Source: Peduovirus P24A7b. From it: a stretch of 32,848 bases of DNA. Below are positions 27,908 through 32,848 of the stretch, piece by piece (position 1 is the first letter of the stretch; every line of letters begins with the position of its first letter). The position numbers and the translations under genes were made by a program. The notes beneath the pieces are model-generated. The model saw nothing but the letters and a program-made list of their open reading frames with translations, was not told where the DNA came from and did no database searches. The stretch lies in the sequence record NC_049390.1; one strand, 5' to 3'.

Positions 27908-30182
27908 AGCCTCAGGGCGTTTTGTCCCTCCGTCAGCATTTGCTGCAGGCACCGGTAAGGCGTTTACTGGTGCTTATGCATGGAACGCGCCACGCGAGGC
28001 TGTCGGGCGCGAAAGACCTCTTACACGTGACGAGATGCGTCAGGTGCAAGGTGTTTTATCCACGATTAACCGCCTGCCTTACTTTTTGCGCTCGCTGTTT
28101 ACTTCACGCTATGACTACATCCGGCGCAATAAAAGCCCGGTGCACGGGTTTTATTTCCTCACATCCACTTTTCAGCGTCGTTTATGGCCGCGCATTGAGC
28201 GTGTGAATCAGCGCCATGAAATGAACACCGACGCGTCGTTGCTGTTTCTGGCAGAGCGTGACCACTATGCGCGCCTGCCGGGAATGAATGACAAGGAGCT
28301 GAAAAAGTTTGCTGCCCGTATCTCATCGCAGCTTTTCATGATGTATGAGGAACTCAGCGATGCCTGGGTGGATGCGCATGGCGAAAAAGAATCGCTGTTT
28401 ACGGATGAGGCGCAGGCTCACCTCTATGGTCATGTTGCTGGCGCTGCACGTGCTTTCAATATTTCCCCGCTCTACTGGAAAAAATACCGTAAAGGGCAGA
28501 TGACCACGAGGCAGGCATATTCTGCCATTGCCCGCCTGTTTAACGATGAGTGGTGGACTCATCAGCTTAAAGGCCAGCGTATGCGCTGGCATGAGGCGTT
28601 ACTGATTGCTGTCGGGGAGGTGAATAAAGACCGTTCTCCTTATGCCAGTAAACATGCCATTCGTGATGTGCGTGCACGCCGCCAGGCAAATCTGGAATTT
28701 CTTAAATCGTGTGACCTTGAAAACAGGGAAACCGGCGAGCGCATCGACCTTATCAGTAAGGTGATGGGCAGTATTTCTAATCCTGAAATTCGCCGGATGG
28801 AGCTGATGAACACCATTGCCGGTATTGAGCGTTACGCCGCCGCAGAGGGTGATGTGGGGATGTTTATCACGCTGACCACGCCGTCAAAGTATCACCCGAC
28901 ACGTCAGGTCGGAAAAGGCGAAAGTAAAACCGTCCAGCTTAATCACGGCTGGAATGATGAGGCATTTAATCCAAAGGATGCGCAGCGTTATCTCTGCCGT
29001 ATCTGGAGCCTGATGCGCACGGCATTCAAGGATAATGATTTACAGGCCTACGGTTTGCGTGTTGTTGAACCACACCACGACGGAACGCCGCACTGGCATA
29101 TGATGCTTTTTTGTAATCCACGCCAGCGTAACCAGATTATTGAAATCATGCGTCGCTATGCGCTCAAAGAGGATGGCGACGAAAGAGGAGCCGCGCGAAA
29201 CCGTTTTCAGGCAAAACACCTTAACCGGGGCGGTGCTGCGGGATATATCGCGAAATACATCTCAAAAAACATCGACGGCTATGCACTGGATGGTCAGCTC
29301 GATAATGATACCGGTAGGCCGCTGAAAGACACAGCTGCTGCTGTTACCGCATGGGCGTCAACGTGGCGCATTCCGCAATTTAAAACGGTTGGTCTGCCGA
29401 CAATGGGGGCTTACCGTGAACTACGCAAATTGCCTCGCGGCGTCAGCATTGCTGATGAGTTTGACGAGCGCGTCGAGGCTGCACGCGCCGCTGCAGACAG
29501 TGGTGATTTTGCGTTGTATATCAGCGCGCAGGGCGGGGCAAATGTCCCGCGCGATTGCCAGACTGTCAGGGTCGCCCGTAGCCCGTCGGATGACGTTAAC
29601 GAGTACGAGGAAGAAGTCGAGAGAGTGGTCGGCATTTACGCGCCGCATCTCGGCGCGCGTCATATTCATATCACCAGAACGACGGACTGGCGCATTGTTC
29701 CGAAAGTGCCGGTCGTTGAGCCTTTGACTTTAAAAAGCGGCATCGCCGCGCCTCGGAGTCCTGTCAATAACTGTGGAAAGCTCACCGGTGGTGATACTTC
29801 GTTACCGGCTCCCACACCTTCTGAGCACGCCGCAGCCGTGCTTAATCTGGTTGATGACGGAGTTATTGAATGGAATGAACCGGAGGTCGTGAGGGCGCTC
29901 AGGGGCGCATTAAAACACGACCTGCGAACGCCAAACCGTCAGCAGAGAAACGGAAGCCCGTTAAAACTACATGAAATTGCACCATCGGCCAGACTGACCC
30001 GGTCGGAAAGAATGCAAATTACCCGTATCCGCGTTGACCTTGCTCAGAACTGTATCAGGCCGCAGCGATGGGAGTTTGAGGCGCTGGCGCGTGGCGCGAC
30101 CGTAAATTATGACGGAAAAAAATTCACGTATCCGGTCGCTGATGAGTGGCCGGGATTCTCAACAGTAATGGAGTGGAAATGA
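27897..30182 (+). CDS. A: Rolling-circle replication initiator A
   Basis: Trimmed to ATG at 27897 (MAVKASGRFVPPSAFAAGTGK...), 761 aa as for P2 gpA; contains the twin-tyrosine motif GYIAKYISK (about 29244-29270). Confidence 0.95.
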   Translation: MAVKASGRFVPPSAFAAGTGKAFTGAYAWNAPREAVGRERPLTRDEMRQVQGVLSTINRLPYFLRSLFTSRYDYIRRNKSPVHGFYFLTSTFQRRLWPRIERVNQRHEMNTDASLLFLAERDHYARLPGMNDKELKKFAARISSQLFMMYEELSDAWVDAHGEKESLFTDEAQAHLYGHVAGAARAFNISPLYWKKYRKGQMTTRQAYSAIARLFNDEWWTHQLKGQRMRWHEALLIAVGEVNKDRSPYASKHAIRDVRARRQANLEFLKSCDLENRETGERIDLISKVMGSISNPEIRRMELMNTIAGIERYAAAEGDVGMFITLTTPSKYHPTRQVGKGESKTVQLNHGWNDEAFNPKDAQRYLCRIWSLMRTAFKDNDLQAYGLRVVEPHHDGTPHWHMMLFCNPRQRNQIIEIMRRYALKEDGDERGAARNRFQAKHLNRGGAAGYIAKYISKNIDGYALDGQLDNDTGRPLKDTAAAVTAWASTWRIPQFKTVGLPTMGAYRELRKLPRGVSIADEFDERVEAARAAADSGDFALYISAQGGANVPRDCQTVRVARSPSDDVNEYEEEVERVVGIYAPHLGARHIHITRTTDWRIVPKVPVVEPLTLKSGIAAPRSPVNNCGKLTGGDTSLPAPTPSEHAAAVLNLVDDGVIEWNEPEVVRALRGALKHDLRTPNRQQRNGSPLKLHEIAPSARLTRSERMQITRIRVDLAQNCIRPQRWEFEALARGATVNYDGKKFTYPVADEWPGFSTVMEWK

Positions 30183-30634
30183 TGGCAAAAATTCACGAGG
30201 TAAAGCTGCACGCCAAATATTTTGACCTTGTGCTGGAAGGAAAGAAACGCGCAGAGTTTCGGAAAAATGACCGTAATTATGAGCGCGGGGACACGTTGAT
30301 TTTGCATGAATGGGTACAGGGTGTGTATACGGGGCGAAAGGTTGAAGCCCGGATAACAGATGTTACTGACCTGTCAGACTGGCTGGAAGATTATGTCTTG
30401 CTAAGTATTGAGCTGCTTAATACAGGCGCATATGAGATTGTGAACTGGAAAGAACTTAGTGAGCGTGGTCTGGTATTCAGAATTAATCATGAAATTATGC
30501 ATCAGCTCGGCCTTTCTGTTATGTATGAACCAGAGACGGGGATGTCTGGCGGGGCAATGGTTGCCACGGATGGAGCATGGAACTATTCAGATGAACAGAT
30601 GGAGCGTGCACAGCAAAACGGGTGGCTTGGATAA
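30179..30634 (+). CDS. ASCH/DUF3850-like domain protein with a C-terminal extension (about 151 aa)
   Basis: N-terminal about 75 aa (MAKIHEVKLHAKYFDLVLEGKKRAEFRKNDRNYERGDTLILHEW...) carries the ASCH-type G-x-K-x-x-E-x-R motif; start overlaps the A stop (ATGATG, start at 30179 or 30182). Confidence 0.7.
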   Translation: MMAKIHEVKLHAKYFDLVLEGKKRAEFRKNDRNYERGDTLILHEWVQGVYTGRKVEARITDVTDLSDWLEDYVLLSIELLNTGAYEIVNWKELSERGLVFRINHEIMHQLGLSVMYEPETGMSGGAMVATDGAWNYSDEQMERAQQNGWLG

Positions 30635-30840
30635 TGCACAGAATACCAGGCGAGATACCGCAACATAAAACTAAAAATATCAAGCTGATGGCTATTGTTC
30701 ACCGTCTACAGCAGATTATGGTTAACGAAAATCTGACGCCTGACGAGCTGGTCGGGTGTGCCGAAATAGTCCGGGATAATTACGGGCGGTTTAACCATAT
30801 CGGTCAATCCAGAGTTATGCCACCACCACGCAGACGATAG
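30634..30840 (+). CDS. Small hypothetical protein (68 aa), translationally coupled to the ASCH-like gene
   Basis: TAATG stop/start overlap at 30632-30636; basic Pro/Arg-rich C-terminus. Confidence 0.45.
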   Translation: MHRIPGEIPQHKTKNIKLMAIVHRLQQIMVNENLTPDELVGCAEIVRDNYGRFNHIGQSRVMPPPRRR

Positions 30841-30964
30841 AGAACGCCGCCAGTCGTGAAACTTGTTTTCAGGGCTGGCGGGGTTGAACAACGAGCGAAG
30901 CGAGGCGTTAGTTGACAGTAATATTTTTACTGCGTTGGTGCTGGTTTTTGACGGTTGAAAGGAG

Positions 30965-30981
30965 TTAGCTCGGAGAGCTAA
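30965..30981. promoter_or_regulatory. Palindrome TTAGCTC-gga-GAGCTAA upstream of cargo gene 31070
   Basis: Perfect 7-bp inverted repeat about 90 bp upstream of the ATG at 31070; a GCTAACA direct repeat at 30983 and 31023. Confidence 0.3.
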
Positions 30982-31069
30982 AGCTAACAACTTACAAATA
31001 TTCAAAAGTAAGCTTCCTGTTGCTAACATAAGGTCGATTTTTTATGTGGATGATGCAAAAAGGATAGCT

Positions 31070-31801
31070 ATGGATACTGTAATCGCTTTTCTATCACTCG
31101 CTTTTTTCGTTGCTTTTTTCATCGGGTTAATCAAACCATCACTGGTGCGGATGCCAAACCGTAAACGTGCAAGTGCGGTTTATCTCGGAGGAGGTTTTGT
31201 ATTGAGCATAATTGGTTCAATACTCTATCCAACAGAAAAAAGCCAGCCAGTTGCTAAAACTGAAACATCAACCGTTGCAGAACACCAAGTCCAAAAAACA
31301 TTCGAATATGGTGGAAAAACACTCAAGGAATATCGGAACGAGCCAAAGAAAACTCGACACGATATTGTAAATAGTTACATTGATTTTAAGGAAGTGCCAG
31401 TCACCGCATCAGATGCATTTTATGCCTGCATGAGTGAATATACTTTTACCAAAGATGATGAGTTGAAACTCGGTGATGTTCTTGGATGGTGCTTTAATGA
31501 TTATGAAAAAGATCCGCAATCACTAAACAATAAAATCAACCTTGATACATTTCAGAGTAATTTTAGTGGTTGGGATGGTTCTTATCGACCATTGGAAAAG
31601 TTAATTAAAGAGAATATGAACGATGATTCATCTTATAAACATGTGTCAACAGTGTATCATTTAATCCTGAATAAAGACCCTCACGCCATTGTGAAAACCA
31701 CATTTCGCGGTACTAATGCCTATGGTGGTGTCGTGAAGCAAACAATAGCAGCGCGTGTTAATGTGAAAACGGGTGAAATAGTTTCGATACTAAATAATTG
31801 A
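31070..31801 (+). CDS. Hotspot cargo: two-TM membrane-anchored protein with about 190-aa soluble domain, function unknown
   Basis: Trimmed from the GTG at 31046 to the ATG at 31070 (AAGGA Shine-Dalgarno); hydrophobic helices at aa 3-22 and 36-52; AT-rich; at the A-to-cos position (tin/old in P2). Confidence 0.75.
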   Translation: MDTVIAFLSLAFFVAFFIGLIKPSLVRMPNRKRASAVYLGGGFVLSIIGSILYPTEKSQPVAKTETSTVAEHQVQKTFEYGGKTLKEYRNEPKKTRHDIVNSYIDFKEVPVTASDAFYACMSEYTFTKDDELKLGDVLGWCFNDYEKDPQSLNNKINLDTFQSNFSGWDGSYRPLEKLIKENMNDDSSYKHVSTVYHLILNKDPHAIVKTTFRGTNAYGGVVKQTIAARVNVKTGEIVSILNN

Positions 31802-31806
31802 TGGTG

Positions 31807-31846
31807 ATGCCACCGATACTGAAGTTTGATATTGTGTCGGTGGCAT
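31807..31846 (+). terminator. Stem-loop downstream of gene 31070..31801
   Basis: Perfect 10-bp inverted repeat ATGCCACCGA / TCGGTGGCAT with a 20-nt loop starting 6 nt after the stop; T-rich runs follow further downstream. Confidence 0.4.
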
Positions 31847-32007
31847 TGAAAGATGATCTTAAAGCATGTCTATTTTTTTGTTTTACATGATTTTTTTTTT
31901 TGATGTGTTGTGCGTTGTTTTGTTTGTAATTAGAGTGCTTGATGATTTAAATTTCGTTTAAATGTTGTGTGAAAATATTGTGATTTTCTATATCAAGGAT
32001 TTGTTTC

Positions 32008-32706
32008 ATGAAGTATTGTGGGATAGCTTTAATAATATGTCTTTGCTTGTTTATGTTCGCATTTGGTTTTGTGTTGGGTGGAGTTCAATGGGCATGGGGC
32101 GAGAGTGAAAATAATAGCAAGGTCGCATTTTGGACAATGCTAGGAGGGTGGGTGTCAGGATTGGCTACTCTCGCGGCTGTGGGGGTTTCATTATTTACAA
32201 GTTATTATGCGATGATTTCAGGCAAAGAGAAAGTTGACGTTGTTTTTGCGCCTATATATACGACCTCTACGGCAAAAAAAGCAGATAAGCTTTCATTGCA
32301 AGATTTGGCTAATATCAAAGTGACAAATTTACACGGTGTGAAGTGTACTATTGTTAATGTTTATATGAAGTTTAGTGATGTTAAGGAACCATTAAAGATT
32401 AATAACCTTAAACAGGGAGGTAAGCCAATACCTTATACGCTATGTAATATAAGCGATATGTGGGAGTTTGCATTTGGGATGGAGTCAAACCCTAGATTGA
32501 GATTTCTATTGTCAGGGTTGAAATATGAAGGTCGACCATCCTTTAAAAAAGGGCATTTCATCATTGAAACAGCAATGAAACAATACAAGTTAAAGATGCG
32601 GAAAGACTTTCTCTCAATATTACAGAGTGAGTATCAAAGCATAGAGGAAGAATCTAAACGTAACTCAGTTAAATCAGGGTGGTCACGGTATAAAAAACTG
32701 AATTAA
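32008..32706 (+). CDS. Hotspot cargo: two-TM membrane-anchored protein with about 165-aa soluble domain, function unknown
   Basis: ATG at 32008 with AAGGA Shine-Dalgarno; hydrophobic helices at aa 5-25 and 40-64; very AT-rich; last gene before the cos end. Confidence 0.75.
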   Translation: MKYCGIALIICLCLFMFAFGFVLGGVQWAWGESENNSKVAFWTMLGGWVSGLATLAAVGVSLFTSYYAMISGKEKVDVVFAPIYTTSTAKKADKLSLQDLANIKVTNLHGVKCTIVNVYMKFSDVKEPLKINNLKQGGKPIPYTLCNISDMWEFAFGMESNPRLRFLLSGLKYEGRPSFKKGHFIIETAMKQYKLKMRKDFLSILQSEYQSIEEESKRNSVKSGWSRYKKLN

Positions 32707-32722
32707 TTACCTAATCAGTTAT

Positions 32723-32743
32723 CATGCATACACAATATGCATG
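32723..32743. repeat. Inverted repeat CATGCATA-cacaa-TATGCATG within a cluster of ATGCA motifs near the right genome end
   Basis: Perfect 8-bp arms; further TGCATG/ATGCA copies at 32749-32756 and 32811-32825. Confidence 0.3.
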
Positions 32744-32848
32744 GATTTGCATGCGCAAGCAGCATTCACATTGGTTGTTTTAGTTCAGGACTGGTGCTGT
32801 TTCGACGTGTTCATGCAACTGCATTAAAACCGACCCATGAAGCGGGCG

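Larger units (their letters stand above)
1..32848. mobile_element. Near-complete P2-like temperate phage genome, cos-linearised virion orientation
   Basis: Uninterrupted P2 gene order from Q to A, each product recognisable from its translation; window begins with a P2-type cos sequence; ogr-attP-int adjacency is as in phage DNA rather than a prophage junction. Confidence 0.9.

Noticed and set aside
1-32848. Insertion sequences, transposases, toxin-antitoxin pairs, retron or reverse-transcriptase genes
   Set aside because: No ORF with DDE-transposase, reverse-transcriptase or classic toxin-antitoxin features was recognisable; the only accessory content is the three AT-rich cargo regions described.

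Overview
The window reads as one essentially complete P2-like temperate myovirus genome (Peduovirus-type, enterobacterial), laid out in virion orientation. Base 1 begins with what I recall as the P2 19-nt cohesive end (GGCGAGGCGGGGAAAGCAC) and the window ends just short of the other cos end. Gene order is the canonical P2 order: Q and P leftward; O N M L X Y K lysA lysB/lysC R S rightward; V W J I H G; FI FII E/E' T U D; ogr; attP region; int and C leftward; cox B orf80-83 A rightward. All calls rest on my recognition of the translated ORFs and on synteny; no database search was possible. Several ORF-track starts use non-ATG codons and were trimmed to the ATG with a Shine-Dalgarno that gives the P2 protein length. 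Three AT-rich inserts interrupt the conserved backbone at the positions known to be variable in P2-like phages: between S and V (P2 orf30 position), between G and FI (P2 Z/fun position) and between A and cos (P2 tin/old position). Together they encode five predicted membrane proteins plus an ASCH/DUF3850-like protein, none of which I can assign to a named family. The most system-like candidate is the two-gene membrane cassette at the Z/fun position (16191..17099). The tail fibre H is enlarged (874 aa) with internal domain repeats and a C-terminal His-x-His repeat array. No tRNA, rRNA, CRISPR array or transposase was seen.
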